Shown here: in pieces, positions 19,184 through 27,734 of the stretch
How positions within the stretch are numbered: the stretch's first letter is position 1
Layout of the letters: every line of letters begins with the position of its first letter
DNA from: Thermoanaerobaculia bacterium
GTDB lineage: Bacteria > Acidobacteriota > Thermoanaerobaculia > Gp7-AA8
DNA: 64,000 nt
Assembly (NCBI GenBank): GCA_035468985.1
Contig: DATISF010000069.1
Span: 18,059-82,058 of the forward strand
Direction of reading: 5' to 3'
Notes under the pieces: model-generated
The model's database searches: none
Seen by the model: the letters and a program-made list of their open reading frames with translations, nothing else
Told to the model about the DNA's origin: nothing
Program-made: the position numbers and the translations under genes

Positions 19184-20896
19184 ATGAAAAGCGGAATTCG
19201 CATGCGGCTCCTGGCCGGGTTCATGTCCATCATGATCCTCGGCAGTCTGGCCGTTCTCGTCATCCTGGGCGTTCTCTCGTCGGCCCTGGCCGACCTCGAG
19301 CGCATCGTCAGGGTGACCGGCACCATCGCGCGGCAGTCCGTCGAGGTCGAGCGTGACATCACGGCCATGAGCGATTCGATCCGCGGTTACATGCTCGACA
19401 CCTCCGACGGCTCGGCGAAGGAGAAGATGCGCGCCGCGCGCGAGGCACTGCTCAAGCACAGCGGCGAGATCGAGGAGCTCTCCGACGGCAGGTTGCAGGA
19501 ACTGGCGCGGCAGCTTTCCGCGGCGAGCAAGGAGAAGATCGCGCCCCTCCAGGACGAGATCATCCGCATTGCCAACGCTTCGGACGTCGAGCAGGCGAAG
19601 GCGGTCTACTTCGAGCAGTACCAGCCTGTACAGAAGCAGACCGAAGCCATCGCCGCGTCCATGCAGCAGATCGCCAGTGCACAAATGCTGCAGTCGCTAG
19701 AGAGCGCACAGAACGCGCGATCGCGCACGCACGCCGCGGCCTGGACGCTCATCGTCGCGTTCATGGCCAGCGCCATCGGGCTGTCCTTGCTGCTGGCGCG
19801 CAATCTCGCCGCGCCGATCGTGCGCATGGCGGGCTCGATGCGCGAAGCGGCCGCCGGCGAGCTCGACGACCTCGTCGAGTTCGACGGCCGCAACGACGAA
19901 GTCGGAGATCTCAGCCGGTCGATCAACAGTACCTACGCGTACCTCAATGAGATGGCTTCGATCGCCGGCCGCATCGCCGCGGGTGATCTCAATCTGCACG
20001 TGAGGCCGCGCTCGGAGAACGACACCTTCGGCAACGCCTTTGCGGCCATGATCCAGAAACTGGCGCAGGTCCTCACCGAGGTCCGCACCGGCGCGTCGGC
20101 GCTGAACGCCGCCGCCGGTCAGGTGTCGTCCAGCTCGCAGACGCTGTCGCTCGGAACCAGCCAGCAGGCCGCGTCCGTCGAGGAGACGACGACGAGCCTC
20201 GAGCAGATGAGCGCGTCGATCACGCAGAACGCCGACAACAGCCGCCACATGGAACAGATGGCGGTCAAGGCGACGGGCGACGTCGATGAGAGCGCCCAGG
20301 CCGTCCGGCAGTCCGTCGACGCCATGACCAAGATCGCCGAGAAGATCTCCATCATCGAGGAAATTGCCTATCAGACGAATCTCCTGGCGCTCAACGCCGC
20401 GATCGAGGCAGCCCGCGCCGGCGAGCACGGACGCGGCTTCGCGGTGGTGGCCACCGAGGTGCGCAAGCTGGCGGAGCGAAGCCAGACCGCGGCCAAGGAC
20501 ATCGGCTCGCTCGCCGGATCGAGCGTCGAGATCGCCATGCGCTCCGGACGTCTGCTCACCGATCTCGTTCCCACGATCCGCAAGACGGCGGACCTGGTGC
20601 GCGAAGTCAGCGCGGCATCGCGCGAACAGGCCCAGGGCGTCACGCAGATCAATCAGGCCATGAGCTCCGTCGATCAGGTGACGCAGCGGAACGCCGCGGC
20701 GGCCGAAGAGCTCGCCTCGACCGCCGAGGAGATGGCCGCTCAGTCCGACGCGCTCGAGCAGACCATCGCGTTCTTCCGCATCAACAACGACAACGTGATC
20801 GCCGCCAAGCAGGTGGCGGGCTCCCCGATCTCGCGGCCGGCGCTCGTCGCCGCGCGCAACCGAGTGGCGGCGGCCGGCGATTACACGAGCTTCTGA
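19184..20896 (+). CDS. Methyl-accepting chemotaxis protein (TM-4HB-like periplasmic sensor-TM-HAMP-MA signalling domain)
   Basis: Two TM segments bracketing a helical periplasmic region, a HAMP domain, and a highly conserved MCP signalling core ([41 protein letters not shown]). Confidence 0.9.
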   Translation: MKSGIRMRLLAGFMSIMILGSLAVLVILGVLSSALADLERIVRVTGTIARQSVEVERDITAMSDSIRGYMLDTSDGSAKEKMRAAREALLKHSGEIEELSDGRLQELARQLSAASKEKIAPLQDEIIRIANASDVEQAKAVYFEQYQPVQKQTEAIAASMQQIASAQMLQSLESAQNARSRTHAAAWTLIVAFMASAIGLSLLLARNLAAPIVRMAGSMREAAAGELDDLVEFDGRNDEVGDLSRSINSTYAYLNEMASIAGRIAAGDLNLHVRPRSENDTFGNAFAAMIQKLAQVLTEVRTGASALNAAAGQVSSSSQTLSLGTSQQAASVEETTTSLEQMSASITQNADNSRHMEQMAVKATGDVDESAQAVRQSVDAMTKIAEKISIIEEIAYQTNLLALNAAIEAARAGEHGRGFAVVATEVRKLAERSQTAAKDIGSLAGSSVEIAMRSGRLLTDLVPTIRKTADLVREVSAASREQAQGVTQINQAMSSVDQVTQRNAAAAEELASTAEEMAAQSDALEQTIAFFRINNDNVIAAKQVAGSPISRPALVAARNRVAAAGDYTSF

Positions 20897-20905
20897 GGCC
20901 AGGCC

Positions 20906-21397
20906 ATGGCGGAGCAGCAATACCTGTCGTTTTTCGTCGCCGGTGAGGAGTACGCGATCGCCATTCTGCAGGTGACGGAAATCATTGCCGCGCCAGCGAT
21001 GACGAAAGTGCCGAGCACACCGGAGTGGATTCGCGGCGTGCTCAATCTCCGCGGCGCGGTCGTGCCGGTGATCGACCTCGGCGCGAAGCTCGGCCTCGCC
21101 GCCGCCCAGGTCACGCCGCGGACGTGCGTGGTGATCGTGGAAGTGAGGCGCGGCGACGATCTGCTGAAGATCGGCATCATGGCCGATTCCGTCCATCAGG
21201 TGATCGGACTCTCCGGCGACCAGATTCAGCCGCCGCCGTCATTCGGGACCAACGTGAAGGTCGAGGAGATCGTCGGCATGGCGCTGCTCGATCACAAGCT
21301 CGTGCTGCTGCTCGACGTGGATCGGGTGTTGACCTGGAGCGAGAGCGGCACGGTCGCATCGCTCGCCGGCAGCGAGGTGGCCGCCGAGGCGCAATGA
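20906..21397 (+). CDS. cheW: Chemotaxis coupling protein CheW
   Basis: CheW fold (YLSFFVAGEEYAIAILQVTEII..., GVLNLRGAVVPVIDL). ATGA overlap with cheR. Confidence 0.9.
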   Translation: MAEQQYLSFFVAGEEYAIAILQVTEIIAAPAMTKVPSTPEWIRGVLNLRGAVVPVIDLGAKLGLAAAQVTPRTCVVIVEVRRGDDLLKIGIMADSVHQVIGLSGDQIQPPPSFGTNVKVEEIVGMALLDHKLVLLLDVDRVLTWSESGTVASLAGSEVAAEAQ

Positions 21398-22275
21398 TCG
21401 GCAACCAGGCCCCTGCCGTCGCACCGGCATCCGTGCGGCCGCTCTCCCCGGCCGAGTTTCTCCACTTCCAGCGGCTGATCTGCGACGCGTCGGGCATCTT
21501 CCTTCCCGAAAGCAAGCTGGCGTTGCTGTCGGCTCGCGTCGGCCGGCGGGTCCGGGAGCTCGGATTTCGCGATTTTCCCGGTTATCGCCGCCACGTGATC
21601 GAGCGCGGGGAGGAAGAGATGGCGCAACTCCTCGACTGCGTTTGCACGAATGAGACGCATTTCTTCCGCGAGCCGAAGCAGTTCGAGTTTCTGGAGCAGC
21701 GCGTGTTCCCCGCGCGGATGGAAGCGGCACGCGAGGGGCGTGGGCCGAAACGCATTCGCGTCTGGAGCGCGGGCTGCGCGACGGGAGAAGAGGCGTATTC
21801 GATCGCCATGACGATGGCCGCGTCGCTGCCGCCGGACTGGGAGCGCACGATCCTCGCCACTGATCTCTCGACGCGCGCACTGGCCGTCGCCAGGCAGGCC
21901 GAGTGGCGCATCGAGAAGGCATCCGAGATTCCGCGCCAGTACCGCGAGAGATTCATGCTCCGCGGGGTCCGCCGCGCGGAGGGGCGCATGCGGGCGCGCG
22001 ACGAAATCCGCTCGATGATCGAGCTCGCGCGCGTGAATCTGAGCCGGGACGAGCGTCTTTTCGGTGGGCCGTTCGATCTGATCTTCTGCCGGAACGTTCT
22101 CATCTACTTCAGCAGGGAGGCGCGAGCGGCAGCCATCGATCGCCTCCTCCGCCATCTGGCTCCCGGCGGACTCCTCTTCCTCGGTCACGCCGAGAGCCTG
22201 GCCGCGGGCGCACACGCGGTTCGCGCCGTCGGGCCGACGGCGTACATGCGAGCCGGCGAGGCGGAGCTTGCCTGA
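21394..22275 (+). CDS. cheR: Chemotaxis protein methyltransferase CheR
   Basis: CheR N-terminal helical domain (FLHFQRLICDASGI) and SAM-binding domain (RVWSAGCATGEEAYSIAM, FDLIFCRNVLIYF). Confidence 0.9.
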   Translation: MIGNQAPAVAPASVRPLSPAEFLHFQRLICDASGIFLPESKLALLSARVGRRVRELGFRDFPGYRRHVIERGEEEMAQLLDCVCTNETHFFREPKQFEFLEQRVFPARMEAAREGRGPKRIRVWSAGCATGEEAYSIAMTMAASLPPDWERTILATDLSTRALAVARQAEWRIEKASEIPRQYRERFMLRGVRRAEGRMRARDEIRSMIELARVNLSRDERLFGGPFDLIFCRNVLIYFSREARAAAIDRLLRHLAPGGLLFLGHAESLAAGAHAVRAVGPTAYMRAGEAELA

Positions 22276-23296
22276 GAAAGTCGACCTGCTCGTCGTCGAC
22301 GATTCCGCCGTCATGCGCCAGGCCATGGTCGCCATCGGCCGCGGAAAGCGTGATCTATCGGTGCGCGTCGCCGCCGATCCGCTCATCGCTTTCGACCGAA
22401 TGCGCGAGTCGCGCCCCGATGTGATTCTTCTCGACATCGAGATGCCGCGCATGGACGGCCTCACGTTTCTCCGGCGCGTCATGAGCGAGGATCCGATTCC
22501 GGTCATCGTCTGTTCCGCGCTGGCGGGGAACGGGACGGAGGTCGCGATCCGCGCGCTGGAGGAAGGAGCGGTCGACGTCGTCGCCAAGCCGTCGTTCGGC
22601 GTGAGCGAGTTCCTGGAACACTCCGCGGTCATGCTTCTGGAGACGATCCGCGCCGCGGCTCGCGCATCGAAGCCGCGCGTGCGCGTGCAGCGCCCGCTGC
22701 CGATTCCGCATAAACCGTCCCGGCTTTATGTCACGAGCCGCAAAGTCATTGCGGTCGGGGCGTCGACCGGAGGGACCGAAGCGTTGCGCGAGATCCTGCA
22801 GGTGCTGCCCGTCAGCGTGCCCGGACTGGTCATCGTGCAGCACATGCCGGAGGTATTCACTACCCGATTCGCGCAGCGGCTGGACGGCTGTTGCCACATT
22901 TCGGTCAAGGAGGCTGAGCACGGCGATCGCGTCGTCAACGGCCGCGCACTGATCGCACCGGGCAATAAGCACATGACCGTCGTGCGCGATGGCGCGGAAT
23001 ACCGCGTGGAAGTGTCCGACGGTCCGCTGCACATGCGCCACAGGCCGAGTGTCGATGTCCTCTTTCACTCCGTCGCCATTGCCGCCGGCCCGAGCGCGAC
23101 GGGGGTTCTCATGACCGGCATGGGCGCGGACGGCGCAGCCGGCCTTCTCGAGATGCGCCGAAACGGCGCGACGACGGTCGTTCAGGACGAAGAAACGTGC
23201 GTCGTCTTCGGCATGCCTCGAGAGGCGCTCGACCTCGGCGCCGCGGATGCGGCGCTGCCACCGAAGGAGATCGCGGAGCTGATCCGGCGTGCATAA
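22268..23296 (+). CDS. cheB: Chemotaxis response regulator protein-glutamate methylesterase CheB
   Basis: Receiver (LLVVDDSAVMRQ..., DVILLDIEMPRMDG) plus methylesterase domain (IAVGASTGGTEAL, VQHMPEVFT, catalytic His/Asp region GMGADG). TTG start overlaps the cheR end. Confidence 0.9.
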   Translation: MPEKVDLLVVDDSAVMRQAMVAIGRGKRDLSVRVAADPLIAFDRMRESRPDVILLDIEMPRMDGLTFLRRVMSEDPIPVIVCSALAGNGTEVAIRALEEGAVDVVAKPSFGVSEFLEHSAVMLLETIRAAARASKPRVRVQRPLPIPHKPSRLYVTSRKVIAVGASTGGTEALREILQVLPVSVPGLVIVQHMPEVFTTRFAQRLDGCCHISVKEAEHGDRVVNGRALIAPGNKHMTVVRDGAEYRVEVSDGPLHMRHRPSVDVLFHSVAIAAGPSATGVLMTGMGADGAAGLLEMRRNGATTVVQDEETCVVFGMPREALDLGAADAALPPKEIAELIRRA

Positions 23297-23308
23297 TCGC
23301 GTGCCGCG

Positions 23309-24124
23309 ATGATTCCCGGATTTCTGTACGGCACAGCCTGGAAAGAAGATCGCACCGAGGAGCTGACGCGCCTGGCGATCGAGGCAGGATTTCGCGGCAT
23401 CGACACGGCGAATCAGCGGCGCCACTACTTCGAGGCCGGCGTCGGTGCGGCGATCGCCGGGGCAATCAAGGACGGGCTCCTCCGCCGCGACGAGTTGTTC
23501 CTGCAGACGAAGTTCACGTACATCGACGGCCAGGATCACCGTCTTCCTTACGATCCGCACGCCGATGCGAAGACACAGGTGTACCAGTCGTTCGCCAGCT
23601 CGCTCGAGCATCTGCAAGTCGCGACGATCGACTCGTATGTTCTTCACGGACCGTCGCGTCGGCGAGGGCTCGCCGCGGTCGATCTCGAGGTCTGGCGCGC
23701 CATGGAGGTGCTCCACGCCTCCGGCAAGACGAATGGCCTCGGCATCAGCAACGTCGCGCTCGATCAGCTCCAGGAGCTCCTGGCGCGCGCTTCGGTCCAG
23801 CCGTCGTTCGTGCAGAACCGCTGTTTCGCGCGGCTGGCGTGGGACCGCGATGTGCGCGTCTTCTGCCGCGAACACGGCATCATCTATCAGGGGTTTTCTC
23901 TACTGACCGCGAACGTCCGGGAACTGCAGCATCCGGACTTCCGGCGCATCGTTGAAAAGGTACGGAAAACTCCCGCCCAGGTGGCCTTTCGATTTGCCAT
24001 GCAGATCGGAATTCTGCCGATAACCGGAACGACTGATGCACGCCACATGCGGGAAGATCTTGCGATCCACGACTTCGATCTGAGCGAGGACGACCTCAGC
24101 GCCATCGAGCACATTGGATCGTGA
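23309..24124 (+). CDS. Aldo/keto reductase family oxidoreductase
   Basis: AKR motifs: GIDTA..Y, LFLQTKF, IDSYVLHGP, and C-terminal ITGTT... Confidence 0.85.
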   Translation: MIPGFLYGTAWKEDRTEELTRLAIEAGFRGIDTANQRRHYFEAGVGAAIAGAIKDGLLRRDELFLQTKFTYIDGQDHRLPYDPHADAKTQVYQSFASSLEHLQVATIDSYVLHGPSRRRGLAAVDLEVWRAMEVLHASGKTNGLGISNVALDQLQELLARASVQPSFVQNRCFARLAWDRDVRVFCREHGIIYQGFSLLTANVRELQHPDFRRIVEKVRKTPAQVAFRFAMQIGILPITGTTDARHMREDLAIHDFDLSEDDLSAIEHIGS

Positions 24125-24138
24125 ACGGGAGGTACTCG

Positions 24139-24924
24139 ATGCGCAACACAGGCATTGCCGCGATTCTCGCATTCCTGATTGCCACGACGGTGCGGGCGAA
24201 CGACGTCACCGACGGCGTGAACCGTTACGCCGACGATGCCAAGCACCTGGCGCTCGCGCCGCTCCAGTGGGACGCGACGCAATGGACGCGCTTCGGCGAT
24301 GCCGTGGGAGTCGTCGCCGTCTTCTACGCCGCGGACCAGAAGCTCGCGACCGACGTGCAGCGTCATCGCACGTCATCGACGAACCGCGTCGCCAGAGACA
24401 TCACCCCGTTCGGGGCGAGCCGGGCCCTCGAGATCTCCACGCTCATGGTCGCGGGTGGCGCGATCCTCCGGAACACGACGTTGAGCGAGGCCGGCCGCGA
24501 CTCGCTCGAATCGGAAATCTGGGCCGCGGGCATCGTCACGCCGCTGCTGAAGCGGGCTTTCGGCCGGGCACGCCCTATTCAGGAGAGGGGAGCGCACTCG
24601 TTTCATCCGTTCTCCAGCACTTACGAGAGCTTTCCGTCCGGGCATGCCACGAATGTCTTCGCATTTGCCACGGCCATCGCCGCCCACTCGGAGGGCTGGA
24701 TCGTGCCGACAATCGTGTACTCGATGGCCGCGGGTGTGGCCGCTGCGCGCGTCAATGATCGCGCCCATTTCCCTTCCGATGTCGTGGCAGGTGCGCTGAT
24801 CGGACGGGCGGTGGCCAGAGGGGTCGTCGCCCTGCATCCTCATTCGCGGACGACGTTGAATATTGCGCCCGCAATCGTCGGTCATCGCCCCGCGCTCGTC
24901 TTCAGCCTGTGCGCGGCTCGCTAA
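24139..24924 (+). CDS. PAP2-family (phosphatidic acid phosphatase type 2 / haloperoxidase) membrane phosphatase
   Basis: PAP2 signature KxxxxxxRP (KRAFGRARP), PSGH, and SRxxxxxHxxxD (RVNDRAHFPSDV), with an N-terminal signal/TM. An alternative GTG start at 24121 overlaps the AKR stop. Confidence 0.8.
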   Translation: MRNTGIAAILAFLIATTVRANDVTDGVNRYADDAKHLALAPLQWDATQWTRFGDAVGVVAVFYAADQKLATDVQRHRTSSTNRVARDITPFGASRALEISTLMVAGGAILRNTTLSEAGRDSLESEIWAAGIVTPLLKRAFGRARPIQERGAHSFHPFSSTYESFPSGHATNVFAFATAIAAHSEGWIVPTIVYSMAAGVAAARVNDRAHFPSDVVAGALIGRAVARGVVALHPHSRTTLNIAPAIVGHRPALVFSLCAAR

Positions 24925-24929
24925 CCTGT

Positions 24930-24958
24930 TTGGTATTTTGGTACGTATGTACTAAGAT
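24930..24958 (+). promoter_or_regulatory. Candidate sigma-70-type promoter in a short AT-rich island
   Basis: TTGGTA-17 nt-TAAGAT. The spacer contains the near-palindrome gtacgtatgtac. Only about 9 nt upstream of the SRPBCC ATG, so the transcript would be nearly leaderless. Confidence 0.25.
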
Positions 24959-24967
24959 ACTCAATCG

Positions 24968-25441
24968 ATGAAGACCACCACACGAACCTATACACAACGA
25001 ATCGAAGCATCACCCGACCACGTCTTTCCCCTCCTCTGCCCCGTCCGCGAGGGGGAATGGCTGGCGGGATGGCGCGACCAGGTCGAGATGATCCATTCCC
25101 AGTCCGGCCTGGCCGAGGATGGCTGTGTGTTTCGGACCAGGCCGCGGGGAGAACCGGAGACGGTGTGGATGATCACGCGCCACGATCCTGTGGAGAAGAT
25201 CGTCGAGTTCGTCCGCTTCACCGCCGGACTCGTGGTGACGCGCCTTTCGATCTCAGTGAAGCCGGCGCCGGATCGATCGAGCTCCGTCGACATCCGCTAC
25301 ACGTTCGTCCCGGTCAGCCCGGCCGGCGCCGACTTCGTCAGCGCGAATTTCCCGCAGGATCGCTTTCAGCGCGACATGGCCTGGTGGGAGGAATCGATGA
25401 ACCACTGGCTGCGGACGGGAGAGTTGCTCACTGTTCGATGA
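24968..25441 (+). CDS. SRPBCC-superfamily (polyketide cyclase/dehydrase-like) small protein
   Basis: 157 aa. Composition and length fit the START/Bet v1-like lipid-binding fold. No signal peptide. Confidence 0.6.
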   Translation: MKTTTRTYTQRIEASPDHVFPLLCPVREGEWLAGWRDQVEMIHSQSGLAEDGCVFRTRPRGEPETVWMITRHDPVEKIVEFVRFTAGLVVTRLSISVKPAPDRSSSVDIRYTFVPVSPAGADFVSANFPQDRFQRDMAWWEESMNHWLRTGELLTVR

Positions 25442-25523
25442 TTTCCACGCGCCGGCATTCTTGCCGCGGCTCGAGTGGCGCAGCAGTCCGAATCGGTGGT
25501 GTGAGGGGCGGGCGGCCGCTCCG

Positions 25524-26048
25524 TCAGGGGCAGGGTTCCTGCTTTTTCGTGGTGAGCTTCGACGCTGCCTTCATCGAAATCCTTACCGTGGCCCGGACGG
25601 GCGTGCCGTTCGGCAGAAACATGGTGTACTTCGTCGACACGGAATCGAGCACACCCTTGAAGCCGGGAAGCTCGTTGCTGCCCCAGACGACCTGCACCAT
25701 CGGGGGCCGCTGCAGATCGGGATCGATCGCCGTCAAGGTTTCGAGCGGTCTGACGTATTTGTCGTAGACACTCTCTTTTGATTCGAAGGTGTCAAACGCC
25801 AGATCGAACGAGAGCGATTTCGGATCGCCGCTGGAAAACTCGAGCGTTGGAGCATCGCCTTCGGAATCCCTCCTCGGTTCCCACGTCGCCGGCGCCGTCG
25901 TCGTGATCTCCGACGCTTCGAGCAGAAAGACCTGCGACTTTCCCTCCAGCCGGAAGAGCCTGAGCATCGCCGTGGCGTTCTTCTGCGCGAACGCGCCCCC
26001 GGCGATCACCAGGATCGCGATCAGGACGACAATGGTCCGCCTGGTCAT
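25524..26048 (-). CDS. Secreted hypothetical protein
   Basis: ATG at 26046-26048 is preceded by an aaggag RBS. Signal peptide MTRRTIVVLIAILVIAGGAFAQ. The C-terminal segment VWGSNELPGFKGVLDSVSTKYTMFLPNGTPVRATVRISMKA resembles, from memory, the C-terminal strand pattern of contractile-injection-system tube-like (T4 gp19/Hcp-like) domains. This is unverified. Confidence 0.5.
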   Translation of the reverse strand: MTRRTIVVLIAILVIAGGAFAQKNATAMLRLFRLEGKSQVFLLEASEITTTAPATWEPRRDSEGDAPTLEFSSGDPKSLSFDLAFDTFESKESVYDKYVRPLETLTAIDPDLQRPPMVQVVWGSNELPGFKGVLDSVSTKYTMFLPNGTPVRATVRISMKAASKLTTKKQEPCP

Positions 26049-26506
26049 CGATGACTCCTTCGGCTGTGAGAACAACTGTATCCGAAACATCAGGCTCGCG
26101 CAGCAGGCTGACGGGATGCGGCGCACGATCGGCGTCCTCCTTCTGCTCGCTGGGTCCTTCGCATCGATTGCCGGAGGACTGCTTGCCCTTGTCTCGCAAC
26201 CGCTCTGAACCAATCCGAACGTGAGCACCGCTGCGGAGCTCGAGCCGTACCTCGTCCCGACCTGTGCCCGGATGCTGACGATCAAGGATGGGGCGCCGGT
26301 TGTTCCGTGACGAGTGGCAGGTCCCGCCGCGAGCCCGGACGGTTACGCCATCGCCAGCGCCGGGAGAGACGGAATCCGGTAGCGGCCGCATCTGCGCGAT
26401 GACACGCGTGTGGCGACAACCGATTTCAACGACGATCTCGTTTACGGCAACGGTGAGTTCGTGCGGTCCCGGACAGCGGCCCACATCTCGAAAGAGCGGC
26501 TGGGTA

Positions 26507-27655
26507 TCAGTTCGTTCTTTGGCGAGTCTTCATCTCATTCAACGCATTCGTGATGAATTTGACGTTCCGATCGCGCGCGCCGGGCGTAACGATCGTTCGC
26601 GCGGCATCGAGGGCTTTCTCGAGTGCCACGCGGGCCCCTCCCGCATCCCCCATGCCCATCAAAGCCTCGGCTTTCGTGCGCAGAAGCCAGCTTCGGCCGA
26701 GAGGTCCGGTCACGTGCGCGAGACCTCGGTCGCATGCGGCGATGGCGTCGTCGTAGCGTTTCGCCTCGATCTCCATCTGGGCCACGCGCAGCGAGGCGTT
26801 GTAATTGGCGGGCATGACCCGCTCCGATGCGATCAACGCCGGCAGCACGCGCGCCGGATCGCCGAGGATTCCGGCGGCGTCGACGCGGGCGATGTCGAGT
26901 GCGCTCCGCTCGTCGTCGCTCGCCGGCGCTGTCGCATCGATCTCGTGCAGCCATCGATCGCCCCATCGCATGACGGTTGCGCGATCTCCTCTTGCGTTCG
27001 CTGAGTCCATCAGCGTCTGATAAATCTGGAAACGGTGGTCGCGTAGGATCGACGGTAACGTGACCGCTTCGGCTGCGAGCGGCTCGAGCACCTGCCGTGC
27101 ACGCTCGGCCCATGCGGCCGTCCCTCCCTGATTCGCACTCATCAATCCAGCTAGTACGACGCGCGCGAACGCCGAATTGCGCGGCATGTGCGGCGCTTCG
27201 GCAGCGGCGGCAGCCGCGGACGCAGCCCAGTCGCCGGCAGCCATCAGCGTCCACGCATCCGGGCCGCTCGCTCCGGAGTGCCCGTCGAGAAACACCACGA
27301 GCTCGGGAACCGTGAGGCCGCCTGACTGCCGCGCCAGCGCGCGCTCGTTCACCGGATCGATGACGAAGAGCGAAGGTGTGTACGCCACGTTGTGCAGCGT
27401 CAGAAAGTGTTTGTTCTCAGGCTTGTCGAAATCGAGCTCGAGCCAGACGAACCGTCCGGCGTACCCGGCGAGACGGGGATCAGTCATCTCCGCTCGCATC
27501 AGGCGGCACGAGTATCACCACGGCGCCCAGACGTCCACGAACAGCGGTACGTGCCGCTGAATCGCCTCGGCGCGCGCTTTCGGATAGTTGTCGTGGAGGA
27601 TCGGCAGATGCGCCGTCGCAATGGTCGAGAGCAACAGGCAGGTGGCGAGATTCAT
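26507..27655 (-). CDS. Secreted thioredoxin-like (Thioredoxin_7-type) + TPR protein interrupted by an in-frame TGA at the CxxC Cys position (candidate selenoprotein, or disrupted gene)
   Basis: Minus-strand ORFs 27515-27823 and 26507-27499 are in the same frame. Read-through gives signal peptide MNLATCLLLSTIATA...HVPLFVDVWAPW-[TGA 27515..27517]-YSCRLMRAEM...FVWLELDFDKPEN...PSLFVIDP, then TPR-like helices. The TGA replaces the first Cys of the WCxxC motif. Confidence 0.5.
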
Positions 27656-27734
27656 GGCGCGATCGTACGGAGCGAACGGCCCGATCTCCAGATCCGATTT
27701 CGACCCGTAGAATAGGCCATTCCGGAGGTCGAGC

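Noticed and set aside
18038-21196. Minus-strand ORFs 18038-19684 and 19697-21196 (about 500 aa each) across porin, MCP and cheW
   Set aside because: Antisense to strongly supported che genes; translations are Arg/Gly/Asp-biased with no motifs.
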